A program made the position numbers and the translations under genes. A DNA stretch of 62,747 bases, filler included, from Asterionella formosa (taxonomy: Eukaryota), in assembly GCA_002256025.1 (NCBI GenBank). It is 21 parts of 21 records of this genome, joined end to end, with 100 filler letters (N's around TTAATTAATTAA, not from the genome) between each part and the next. Parts side by side here need not be neighbours in the genome. Positions count along the whole stretch, not along the records: positions 1 to 2,902 come from NKIB01014677.1; positions 3,003 to 5,900 come from NKIB01014679.1; positions 6,001 to 8,898 come from NKIB01014680.1; positions 8,999 to 11,895 come from NKIB01014681.1; 17 more parts are not named here. One strand, written 5' to 3'. Below, piece after piece: positions 1 to 10,442 of the stretch (positions are counted from its first letter, which is position 1; every line of letters starts with the position of its first letter). Below the pieces are notes generated by a model. It was not told where the DNA came from and ran no database searches. It saw nothing but the letters and a program-made list of their open reading frames with translations.

Positions 1-416
1 CAATCAATGAATTTTAAGCCCAAAATGTTGTGGATACATGTTTTGCAGCTGCGTCATATGCAGCTCGAGCTACTTTTCATAGTATATTACGTATTTCACC
101 AGGAGCATGGGTTTTTCAACGTGATATCATGATATTAAATATTCCTTTGATTACAGATTTACAATTAATACATCAACGTCGACAAGTGATAATTGACGAA
201 CGTTTACGTCGTGCTAATTTCCGTCGTCGATCTTATGATTACAAAGTGGGTGACGAGATTTTAATATTATTGGATAATCCTAATATTTTGGATGATCGTG
301 GACGAGGTCCTTATACTATTATTCAAGTACATGCCAATGGTACAGATACTTTTCAACGCACTATGCACATTACAGAACGAATTAATATTCGTCGTATCAA
401 ACCTTTTCATAGGTAA
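1..416 (+). pseudogene. Ty3/gypsy integrase C-terminal fragment, copy A
   Basis: ORF 30-416 has YDYKVGDEIL...GRGPYTIIQVHANGT...ERINIRRIKPF (GPY/F-type integrase tail). In-frame TAA at 15-17 where contig 17 has GAA. Homologous to about 50060-50472. Confidence 0.9.
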
Positions 417-441
417 AAGGCTTTCCCTCAAGTGTGGGAGA

Positions 442-638
442 GTGAGCAATCCTGCACATCGATGCAGATGTATTTAGGGTTAGGGTTATATCAAATATAT
501 CGGAAGTCAATAATGAGAGAACTCGACTAACACTCATTCTATACTTTGATGTCAGTTCAGGAAATGAGTTGTACATAAAGATTAATTAATAAACTCATAT
601 ATTCAACAAATACTACTACTTCTAGTTGGATACTTCAC
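442..638 (+). mobile_element. Gypsy 3' LTR, copy A (197 bp), preceded by a short purine tract
   Basis: Follows the pol stop and GGGAGA. Begins (G)TGAG and ends CTTCA(C). Homology to 1301-1497 and 50498-50689 stops at this end. Confidence 0.8.
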
Positions 639-893
639 TAGGTACCGGTCGTCAGTATACATACGTATTCAGTATGGAAGGTAAAATCACATGATATACT
701 TACTACCAAGTACCGTAAACTAAAATAATTTATTACTCTGGGGTTTCATGATAAACTCTCGCATAGATCACCACCCTACCTCCAAACCAAACCACTAACT
801 GAAAAATGGTCGCATACGTATGAATATGGCGACATATGATGGTGCAAGGTACCGGTTTCCAGGTACCGTATGATGTAGGCAAGATAGTCTACC

Positions 894-1275
894 GGATACA
901 TGTTTTGCAGCTGCGTCATATGCAGCTCGAGCTACTATTCATAGTATATTACGTATTTCACCAAGAGCATGGGTTTTTCAACGTGATATGATATTAAATA
1001 TTCCTTTGATTACAGATTTACAATTAATACATCAACGTCGACAAGTGATAATTGACGAACGTTTACGTCGTGCTAATTTCCGTCGTCGATCTTATGATTA
1101 CAAAGTGGGTGACGAGATTTTAATATTATTGGATAATCCTACTACTTTGGATGATAGTGGACGAGGTCCTTATACTATTATTCAAGTACATGCCAATGGT
1201 ACAGTTACTTTTCAACGCACTATGCACATTACAGAACGAATTAATATTCGTCGTATCAAACCTTTTCATAGGTAA
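894..1275 (+). pseudogene. Ty3/gypsy integrase C-terminal fragment, copy B (5'-truncated)
   Basis: Near-identical to 32-416. Homology starts abruptly at 894 (GGATACATG). Confidence 0.9.
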
Positions 1276-1300
1276 AAGGCTTTCCCTCAAGTGTGGGAGA

Positions 1301-1497
1301 GTGAGCAATCCTACATATCGATACAGATGTATATAGAGTTAGGGTTATATCAAATATATCGGAAGTCAATAATGAGAGAACTCGACTAACACCCATTCTA
1401 TACTTTGATGTCAGTTCAGGAAATGAGTTGTACATAAGGATTAATTAATAAGCTTATATATTCAACAAATACTACTACTTCTAGTTGGATACTTCAC
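1301..1497 (+). mobile_element. Gypsy 3' LTR, copy B (197 bp)
   Basis: Direct repeat of 442-638 with a few substitutions. Confidence 0.8.
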
Positions 1498-2658
1498 CAT
1501 TTACCGTGTATTCCGTAGAAAAATAAGCATCATCCCTCGTTCCTTTCCTCGCTGTTTAATTCCATTGATGATGACAAACGTGAATACCGTTACGACGTAG
1601 CTAATATGTAGGAGAAAATACATAGTAGTATACCTGTATTATGGTAGGCACTAGTCACTACATACCTACGATAGTGCCTGGTACCCTGGTACCATGTACC
1701 GGTAGTTACGTTCCTCGTAAACGCACGTCCCAGAGGGAGTACGACATGAGCAAGATACCATGTACATTATATGATTAGGGTTAAAATAGTCGATGTAAAT
1801 GCTTCTTATTTTTATACCGGTATTTGGAAAATGATCCAGCCATCATCATGCAAGGTTCTTTTTGCTGAGGCAGGCGGGGAGGATTTTAAAAACCAAAGTA
1901 CCGGTAATATACGTACCGGTAATATACCGGAATGCCGAAATGTATGATACGTGTAACAAGTAACGGTAGCTAGATGACAGTCACGAACAGTAAAAGGATT
2001 TTTACAACTGGCACGTTCGTATGTAATGAGTATGAACGGGTACCAGTACAATGGTATCATGGTACCCTGGCATTCGGGTACATATGTTATGTATTTAAGA
2101 ATGCCAGCGGGGGTGCCTGGTTTATCTGCCGTTTTAATGCCATCATTTTTATAGCTCACCATGGCATTATTACAATTTGAGCCCTCATTCATATGACTGC
2201 TGTAAGGTAATGGGGTGGCTGGTGGAGAAATGTGGTCATTTCCTTGGGCAGAAGCATTCATGATAATTAATTGTTTTGAGGTACAGTAGTACTGTTAGCT
2301 TGGTATTCTTGAGCAGTCACTCTCATCATGATATGTCTTGCACAGCTGGGTGATTCCCATTTTAACCCACACCAATATATCAACCTCTTTTCATAGGACT
2401 GGATTTTCGATCAAAAATTCTTCCAATTTTTGGCAAACTATTTGCTCGTATATCCCCAAAAGTATCAACTTTGATCCCATTTGATATTGATGCCTGATAG
2501 CTTTTCAAATACTTTATATATTTCTTGGTTTGCATCAATAAAAGGTTGCAAAAAGCAGGTGGAATTTCTTTTTACACCACTATCTTGCGGGTATCTGATA
2601 TACGTACCCATCCAAGATCCTGTGAGGTTTTTCCCACATCTAAGCCGCGAAATACGCC

Positions 2659-2902
2659 ACTTTTCGAAATTTCGTCTACGTATGAGTGTTAGTTATGTGG
2701 TACTTCACATGCATTAATGCCACTCTTCACGTGAAAAAGATTACTTTTAACGGTTTCATGTGAAGTTTTAACTGCTTCATGTGAAGTTTTCACAATGAAT
2801 TTTGAACGCGAGACTGAATTAGTTGATGTTTCAAATAATTCATTTGACTTTTCGAAATTTCGTTTACGTACGAGTGTTAATTATGTGGTACTTCACATGC
2901 AT
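2659..2902 (+). repeat. Direct repeat with 188-bp period, cut by the contig end
   Basis: ACTTTTCGAAATTTCGT..TATGTGGTACTTCACATGCAT at 2659-2714 and 2847-2902. Internal TTCATGTGAAGTTTT duplicated near 2755 and 2776. Confidence 0.8.
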
Positions 2903-3002
2903 NNNNNNNNNNNNNNNNNNNNNNNNNNNNNNNNNNNNNNNNNNNNTTAATTAATTAANNNNNNNNNNNNNNNNNNNNNNNNNNNNNNNNNNNNNNNNNN
3001 NN
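2903..3002. other. Artificial contig linker N44-TTAATTAATTAA-N44 (first of 20)
   Basis: Identical 100-nt spacer with stops in all six frames at 2903, 5901, 8899, 11896, 14892, 17888, 20884, 23879, 26873, 29866, 32859, 35851, 38842, 41833, 44823, 47812, 50801, 53789, 56778 and 59764. The contigs between them shrink from about 2902 to 2884 bp. Confidence 0.99.
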
Positions 3003-3069
3003 GTTTCCGAAGTGTTCTGCTCCATGTTGGGTCACAAGGAAGATGCAGTGGTGCAAATGCTGGGATGAT

Positions 3070-3595
3070 GATCTTCTTAACAAAATAATTGCCATTGGGC
3101 AAATTCACGAACACAAAGTTGCCATTAAAGTCAGTAACAGTAGCATATAGTAGAATAGGGCCATTACCACTTGGACCCTATAGAGTAATAGTCACACCCA
3201 CCAAGTTAGTATCTTCACTATCATTGTTGTTGTTATCTTCCTTGACACTTCTGGAAATTGGTCCAAGCAAAAAGTACCTGGAGATGCAGCCACCCGCACT
3301 TGGAGCACTGATGGGGTGCTGGTCATCGAAACGAATGTTCAAAACATTTTCAGCACTTGTATTTACAGAAATTGTGCTGCTGCCAAAATTGACGAATCCA
3401 AGAGGTGTCTGTTAGACAAATCTGTACTAGTACATGCCTGGAGAAGCATTCAACATGAAGTTACCATTGCAGTCAGTCATGGTTGGCATGACAACTGTAC
3501 CATTGGGATCTTTCAGGTGTACAGTAGCGCCACCAATCTCAACATCGCTGCCATAGTCATTATTGGTATCTTCAAGCACCTGTTTACTGATCTTA
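3070..3595 (-). pseudogene. Degraded SdrD-B / Cna-B-like repeat protein (two repeats)
   Basis: Manual minus-strand translation: ISRSVKEDNNNNDSEDTNLVGVTITL*GPSGNG...ATVTDFNGNFVFVNLPNGNYFVK and ISKQVLEDTNNDYGSDVEIGGATVHLKDPNGTVV..TDCNGNF. Contains stops and is absent from the ORF track. Confidence 0.6.
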
Positions 3596-4154
3596 TGCGA
3601 AGGCTCATCACCAATGAAATCTCCAATCTGCTACACTTGGAATGACCATGGTACCTGGTGCGTGGTACCAGGTACCAGGTACTCCGGTACCAGTACCAGT
3701 TTAAAATGCTACTGTATGCATATACCGGGTAAGGCTTGGCGCATCCTGAATCATTAGGTAGTAGCTAAAATACCGTAACTACGAGTATAACAAATGTTTT
3801 TAGCTTGAGTAAAATTATTTACATAAACAACATACCATTACATATGAATAAATTATATGTATATACATTTAAATAATTTCACCATCCGATCACGTTGTTG
3901 TGGTTGTGGTTGAGTTCATTCATGATGAACTTGAAATCGAAGTCAATCGCACAGCAATGGCTGTGAAAGCGTTGTAGTAGCTTAATTGTAACTCCAACAG
4001 GACCGTATGTGATGAATTCCTGTACAGTTTCAACTCCAGATAGCCCACTGTCAAGCTCAAGAGCTTTTGCACGTGAATTTGTTGGTCATGTACTAATAGG
4101 CGTATTTTTGCCGTGCTCAACACAAACTAGGTCATATATGAACCAAATCGTGTG

Positions 4155-4229
4155 CTCCCGCGCCGCTTGACGCGTTTACTGATAGCGCTTCTCATGACGG
4201 TTATGTTGATAAATCAAGCGGCGCGGGAG
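4155..4229. repeat. Perfect 16-bp inverted repeat (mini-hairpin or MITE-like)
   Basis: CTCCCGCGCCGCTTGA (4155-4170) and TCAAGCGGCGCGGGAG (4214-4229). Confidence 0.85.
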
Positions 4230-4592
4230 GTTGTAACATTGTTGAGTAAATCAACAGAATAATACCGACATGGTCAATGTGATTTTAATATTGGTTTTTA
4301 GGCGCAAAATATTATTTACAGTAGTTTCAGGGTTTTTGCCAATACTTGCCCTCTATTTACACATACCTCGTGGCCCCAAAAATTGCACATGCCCGGCCAG
4401 CCATACATACAGATCAACAGGTACTCCGTACAGACCAAATATACCGTATATACCTGCATACATAATAGTTAGTAACACCACTACCGGCCTTTCAAATGAT
4501 CCTAACTATTACCGGTAGGGTAACTGGTACGTTAAATCCAGAACGAAGGATGTGCGGTTTTTCACTTTGGCCAGAAAAAACTAATTTTGGAG

Positions 4593-4700
4593 ACTTCAGG
4601 AAATTCCAGGAATTTCCTGAAGTTTCCTTACGCATTTCCTTACGTTTCCTGAAATTCATAGGAATTTCCTGAAAGTCATAATGTTTTCCTGAAATTCATA
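4593..4700. repeat. Palindrome plus TTTCCT(G/T)A short-repeat cluster
   Basis: ACTTCAGGAAATTCC-A-GGAATTTCCTGAAGT (4593-4623, perfect 15-bp arms), followed by repeated TTTCCTGAAA/TTTCCTTACG units. Confidence 0.75.
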
Positions 4701-6000
4701 GTCACATGCTTTGTATTCTCGTTTTTGCTATTAGAAGGATTCCGCTATTTATTTCGCTGAATCGTGCTATGAATTGAAGATGTCCTTTAGTACCATTTAT
4801 GATAAAATATGTCGCTGTCCGGTAACACGTTGTCCGTTTCAGGAAAATGACCGCAGCTTGCAGGTACAGCAACCAGCTGCGGCCATTTTGCTTAAATAAA
4901 CAATTTGATAGGGGATAAAGATAGCTAAATCCTTAGTTCAGCAAAATTACCGCAACTTGCAGATGATCATGTAGATAATCATACTCATACATTTTCTCCA
5001 CCAAAAGGGGGATTTTTTCAAATTTTCAATTCTAAACTGTTTGAAAGCGTTCATGGCATCTGAATTGCTCGGCTACAAAGAGAGGTGAGGCTTTCCTTTA
5101 TTGATTGTTGACTTGTTACAAAAGACATCTTGCATATGAGTATGCAATAAGCCTTTGATTCCATTGTCCAAGGGTCATCAATGTGGAGGATGCTTCAATT
5201 ATACCAAGAGTTATTCATCAATCTAAGTGAATCTAGACCCTGTTGTCATTTCCAACTTGTATCATCCTTTTCCTTCTGAAAAACTCGAATCGATTCATTG
5301 TGTCACTTCATTCATTATGCAAATAATTTTCCTTCCCCTTTCCTGTGCCTTCTTGCGCCATCTAAAATCGCTTTGTCACATTGTTGTCTAGGAAATAAGA
5401 GACATTACTGTTCTTTGGAAAAATAGGAGCAGGTGACTAGTCTCAGCAACGAAGGAGAGGTTGCTTGTGCGGCGGGGCCTGCACAACCTCTCTGCATTCC
5501 ATTCCTTGTCGCTTTGATGATCAAAAAGCTAGTTCTCGTGATGATTCATGAACTCAACACAAACGAAATCAGAAACAATGATAATGTGATGATAAAATTC
5601 ACATGGAAACAATTGCCGGACCACCAATGATGTGATGATTACATTGACACGGAAACAATTATTGCCGGAGCACTAATAACACGGTTACATTCATACACCT
5701 TACCGCTCCTAGTATCTATTGGTAGGTATTAGTTTATAACGCTATTACGTACTAGAAACAACCTATCATTGACATCTATAGGTTGTGGAGACTATCCTAC
5801 ACGTTTCTTGATCAAAGCATATTTATCATATGATAAACGATCTCAATCATATGAGAACATGAATCCTCTAATTATTATAAGATTTGTACCATATGGAAAA
5901 NNNNNNNNNNNNNNNNNNNNNNNNNNNNNNNNNNNNNNNNNNNNTTAATTAATTAANNNNNNNNNNNNNNNNNNNNNNNNNNNNNNNNNNNNNNNNNNNN

Positions 6001-8670
6001 GGTAAGTCAAGCTACCATACCGGTGGTAGCGATTCCGACTGTACAGATCACGACACAATACTAGCTACAGATGTTTGCGTACCAGACAGCACAGACACAA
6101 ACTCGCCCGACCGCCACCACGACACTCCGCGGCAATTTGCACGAATAGCCCCACTCCCCGCCAGCCCCACCATCGAACAACACACATCACGCCATACTTT
6201 GGAAAACGAGTTGCTCCGACACATCAATTGCATTCTAGATACTCCATCACCGCATATGAACACACCGACATTTCGTTTCGAATGGAGTACGGAGGCGGCA
6301 AACCACAACTGGGCGATACTAGTACAGTTCAACCTAGACATTACCAAGGCAATTGCGAGCCAGGCCAACTCCCCGCTCAGTATAGGTTCGGAATTCCGAG
6401 CATTACACCTACTGCGTCCTCTACTATCCTACCATCCGCTGTGGGGACGTTTCGTCACTCTCATCACGACTGGTGTAGAATTCCCGCTCAAACCTCTACC
6501 GGACGAGCAGAGGCTACACGACTTGGAGCTCGCCGTCGCGCGAGGCAACCACACATCGGCGAAACTTAAACATGAAATAGTTACGAAACTTCTAATCAAA
6601 GAAGTCGACAGAGGCTGGCAACTCCCACTCCCACCGGAAAATATCCGCCTACTACCACACGCTGTTGTAGCGCCGATAGGTCTAGTGACGCAAGCCACGA
6701 TCAACGCACACGGGGAAATAATACCCAAAGACCGGCTGACCCACGACCAATCATTCGAGTTCTCCCCAGGGACTTCAGTCAATGCACGTGTCATATTTGA
6801 CTCGCTGACACCGTGTAGATACGGCACCGCACTGAGACGATTTATTCACTACATAGTGGATCTAAGAAGAATCTATCCGGACACTCGAATTCTAATGACT
6901 AAATTAGATTTTAAAGCCGCGTATCGCCGCCTACATACATCGAGTCTCACAGCGTCACAGGCCGTAGTCATTATCGATGACATAGCGCTTCTCGCTTTAC
7001 GGATGACTTTCGGGGGGGCACCAAACCCAAGCATGTGGAGCGATGTCTCTGAACTAGCATGCGACACGTGCAATTTGTTATCACGTTGCGACCGATGGAA
7101 CTCGGAGTCCACGCCCACACTGGAATCCCCGCACCAACAAAAATACGTCACCATGCCAAAGTACCTCAACACTAGGTCAACTTGTGAACCAGCACAACCC
7201 ACGACAGTAGCGATCGACGCTGACCTAGCACCGTTTACTGAATGTTATCTAGACGATCTATTTACGTGTTTCTTGGATAATCCGACAGCTATATGGAAAG
7301 GTTCACGAATTACACTGCTTATGCTACATCTGTTGGGCAGACCTATAGCTGAATCCGAACCCCTACAACGTGAAGATCTACTCGCGTTCGAAAAAATGAC
7401 AGCAGAAGGCTCCCCAGAAGAATCCAAGATAATCTTAGGATGGGAGGTGAACACACGCACCCTTCGACTACGCCTCCCCCACGATAAACTCACGTCCTGG
7501 AATGCGGAAATTGACCGCATACTACAGTTGCCCACGGTTGATTGTGAAGTATTAGCGACCACGATCGGTCGACTGAACCATGCCTCGTATGTGATCCCAA
7601 CCGCTCGTGCCTTTCTATGCCATCTCCGACGTGCCGAACGGCGAGCAAGGGTCAGCGGAAAAAGAATTCCATTATCGGAATTACAAAAGGAAGAATTGCG
7701 GCAATGGCTCACCTTCTTACGTACCGCAAGCCAAGGAATCAGCCTAAACCGACTAACACTACGTGTTCCCACCATCCTCCTGCGTGCCGACGCCTGCCAA
7801 CACGGAATCGGAGGGTTCTCGCTCACATCGGGCCGAGCCTGGCGATTCGAAATTCCAACAGAATGTCGGGGACATCTGTCGCTGAACCTACTGGAGTACC
7901 TTGCATCCATCACCACCATTGCAACTGAAGCCGCAGTCGGTAACATCAGACCCGACGACTGCATTCTCTCCCAACTGGACAGCTCGACGGCGGATTATTG
8001 GCTTCACCGCGGTGGCGCACGGTTTCAAGGTCAAGAAAAATCGACCCATTTAGCAATCTCTCGCTGGCTAGCCGCGATCCTCGAGCAAACCCAGGCGTGT
8101 AGCTACAGCCAATGGATCCCAGGAGATGACAACGTGATAGCCGATGCCCTCTCTCGTGACCATCATCTATCAAATGCACAACTAACACACCTCATCCATC
8201 ACTCGGCCACCCACCAGATGCCCCCGAATTTCTCCATCTCGCCGCTCCCCACCGACATCGCCTCCAAGCTTACCTTATGGATGCAGATCGGGCGCGCTCC
8301 CAAGGACTTCAAGCTAACACCACGGCGAAGCTCAATCGCGTCTTCCGAATCTGGACCGAATTCCTTGCGTCCATTGGATTTTGTGATGTCACCGATCCAT
8401 TCCTCGCCAACCTCTCACCAGAACAACGCATTCGACTCATCGGAGCATTCGCGCATGCCGTCCGGCAGGCCGAGTTCAGTACACATCGAGACACTCCTCT
8501 GGCATCAGCGACAGTCCGGGACACCATCGCATCTCTATCGGCGACCTTTGTGGAGAACGACAGACCTGACCCCGCAACAAACATACACGGCAAGACTCAC
8601 CGAATTCTACGCCTCCAGTTCTCCGCTTATCGACATACCGATCCAGCCGTTAAACATCAACGAGCATTAA
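6001..8670 (+). CDS. DIRS/Ngaro-like retrotransposon RT-RNase H ORF (5'-partial)
   Basis: RT motifs RLTHDQS, KLDFKAAYRRL, MTFGGAPNP and CYLDD. RNase H motifs ADACQHGIGG, NLLEY, LDSSTA and WIPGDDNVIADALSR. Frame is open from the contig start. Confidence 0.9.
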   Translation, partial: GKSSYHTGGSDSDCTDHDTILATDVCVPDSTDTNSPDRHHDTPRQFARIAPLPASPTIEQHTSRHTLENELLRHINCILDTPSPHMNTPTFRFEWSTEAANHNWAILVQFNLDITKAIASQANSPLSIGSEFRALHLLRPLLSYHPLWGRFVTLITTGVEFPLKPLPDEQRLHDLELAVARGNHTSAKLKHEIVTKLLIKEVDRGWQLPLPPENIRLLPHAVVAPIGLVTQATINAHGEIIPKDRLTHDQSFEFSPGTSVNARVIFDSLTPCRYGTALRRFIHYIVDLRRIYPDTRILMTKLDFKAAYRRLHTSSLTASQAVVIIDDIALLALRMTFGGAPNPSMWSDVSELACDTCNLLSRCDRWNSESTPTLESPHQQKYVTMPKYLNTRSTCEPAQPTTVAIDADLAPFTECYLDDLFTCFLDNPTAIWKGSRITLLMLHLLGRPIAESEPLQREDLLAFEKMTAEGSPEESKIILGWEVNTRTLRLRLPHDKLTSWNAEIDRILQLPTVDCEVLATTIGRLNHASYVIPTARAFLCHLRRAERRARVSGKRIPLSELQKEELRQWLTFLRTASQGISLNRLTLRVPTILLRADACQHGIGGFSLTSGRAWRFEIPTECRGHLSLNLLEYLASITTIATEAAVGNIRPDDCILSQLDSSTADYWLHRGGARFQGQEKSTHLAISRWLAAILEQTQACSYSQWIPGDDNVIADALSRDHHLSNAQLTHLIHHSATHQMPPNFSISPLPTDIASKLTLWMQIGRAPKDFKLTPRRSSIASSESGPNSLRPLDFVMSPIHSSPTSHQNNAFDSSEHSRMPSGRPSSVHIETLLWHQRQSGTPSHLYRRPLWRTTDLTPQQTYTARLTEFYASSSPLIDIPIQPLNINEH

Positions 8671-8898
8671 CAATCGAATTTATTTTAAAATTATACTTTC
8701 AACACGCAACACCGGTCGACACTTGCATGGGCCCACTCATTATCTTAGCATTTTTCTTCGCGATGCGCTCATGTGAATACTTGACCATCCACGGTGAACG
8801 ACGCACCAAACTGCTACGCATCCAAGACATTCGCTTCTTTCAGGAGCGCAAAGATATCACACAAAATCGCGCGACAAACCATCTTGCCGACATCATCT
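8277..8898 (+). CDS. Tyrosine recombinase of the DIRS/Ngaro-like element (3'-truncated)
   Basis: Helical N-terminal region, then ALTIEF..LAFFFAMRSCEY (first catalytic Arg box). Overlaps the RT-RH ORF by 394 nt in another frame. Confidence 0.85.
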
Positions 8899-9168
8899 NN
8901 NNNNNNNNNNNNNNNNNNNNNNNNNNNNNNNNNNNNNNNNNNTTAATTAATTAANNNNNNNNNNNNNNNNNNNNNNNNNNNNNNNNNNNNNNNNNNNNTT
9001 GCAATCATCAGTATTACCGGGGTACATAGGAGTCAAGCTTCGAAGTACTGGATGTGTGGGTTATACCGGTATTAAGGTACCGGTAACCTTCTCGTTTATT
9101 GAAAGCAGTATGAGGGAAATAACTACCGGGTAGTTTCACATGTATAATATAAATAGAAGAAACAATCA

Positions 9169-10442
9169 TTAATATCCAGCCTTCTTATCCACAGGATTTA
9201 ACAAGGGCTCTCGTCTCATGAATCTCGGTACATTTTCGCGAACAAAAAATTCAGTCGCTTCGTGCATAAAGGTGGCAGTTTGGTCCATATTGTGTGGACT
9301 CAACAAGACATTTTCCAACTCCCACAATTTACTGGATGCTGGTAATGGTTCGTTTGTAAACACATCCAACGCCGCCCCCTTTAGTTTGCCTGTTTTCAGT
9401 GCCTCGATCAAAGCCACTTCATCCACCACAGGCCCACGTCCCAGGTTAATAAAAACAGCATCTTTTTTGGCATGTTCAAATTGTGCCTTCCCGATCAAAC
9501 CTCGTGTTTCTTCGGTCAATGGAGCGCTGCATAAGATATAATCACTTTCTCGAATCAATTGATTCAATGATTCTGTATCACTCCCTAATACTAAATCACA
9601 AAGTGGATCACCCATGGCCAACATGGGATTCCGGCGAAGGGCCACAACTCGCATCCCATACACATGTGCGAGTTTGGCACATGCTCTACCAATGTCACCA
9701 TATCCCACCACGCCCAATGTCGACCCCCGCAATTCCAGGACATCGTACTTGGCCCATGTTTTGGATTTCTTTTGAGACATGAGACGTGGGAGATCCTGTT
9801 GGTTGAAATATTTACAAAAAATAAAAATAATGTTTTTGTTAAGAAAACAAGAAAACAAAACACATCATGTAAATATAAAATGATACGTGCCTTGGCAAAA
9901 TAAGAACATGCCATCATGGTATACTCAGCCAGTGTACTACTAAACTGCCCCTTGGCATTTGTCACATAGACATTGGATTCTGCCAATCCCTTGCTTGTGA
10001 CGAAATCAATACCTGCACTTCTTGTATGAACCCATTCGATGGATGGGAGTTCCTTGAGCAACTCTTGGAGTGGCCCACGAGATAGCGGATGCGAAACGAA
10101 CAATACATTAGGCTCCATTTTCAATAGATGCGGCAAGTCAAAATCGTCCAGCGTAGCTCCAATGGCTACTAGCTCTGCACCATCCGGTAAGGTCCCATGA
10201 TGCAGACCATCGTTGGCTGGATCCTTGGCGTCACTGAGGGAAACAATCTGACATTTGCGAAGAATCGGAGCCGCTTCACTGAACGATTGTTTGCCTGAGG
10301 ACTTCCAGTACTTCAATGAGGAGGGATCGTCCACACAATAGTTAGGGCCCTTTAAAGCAAAGGACCGGGTCAGTGTTGGTCTCGTCCTTGTCGAAACGAG
10401 GTATCGCGAAGCTAGGAGTAACGTTGAGCGAAGCATCATCAT
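9169..10442 (-). CDS. D-isomer-specific 2-hydroxyacid dehydrogenase; exons 10442-9891 and 9795-9169 (392 aa)
   Basis: WVHTRSAGID, VTNAKG..STLAEY, Rossmann GVVGYGDIG, FINLGRG, AALDVFTNEP and LSPHN. Splicing joins YFAK|DLPR. The Arg/Ser/Thr-rich N-terminus resembles a mitochondrial presequence. Confidence 0.92.

Noticed and set aside
473..488. TTAGGGTTAGGGTTA telomere-like sequence
   Set aside because: Only about 2.5 units, internal to the gypsy LTR and altered in copy B; not a telomere.
2947..2958. Regularly spaced TTAATTAATTAA as a repeat array, CRISPR or regulatory motif
   Set aside because: Synthetic six-frame stop linker embedded in Ns. ORFs ending in X..LIN are run-ins to it.
6048..8593. 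Antisense and alternate-frame ORFs over the RT gene (likewise over OCRL, copia, MORN and the partner ORF)
   Set aside because: Shadow ORFs of real coding frames with no recognisable motifs.
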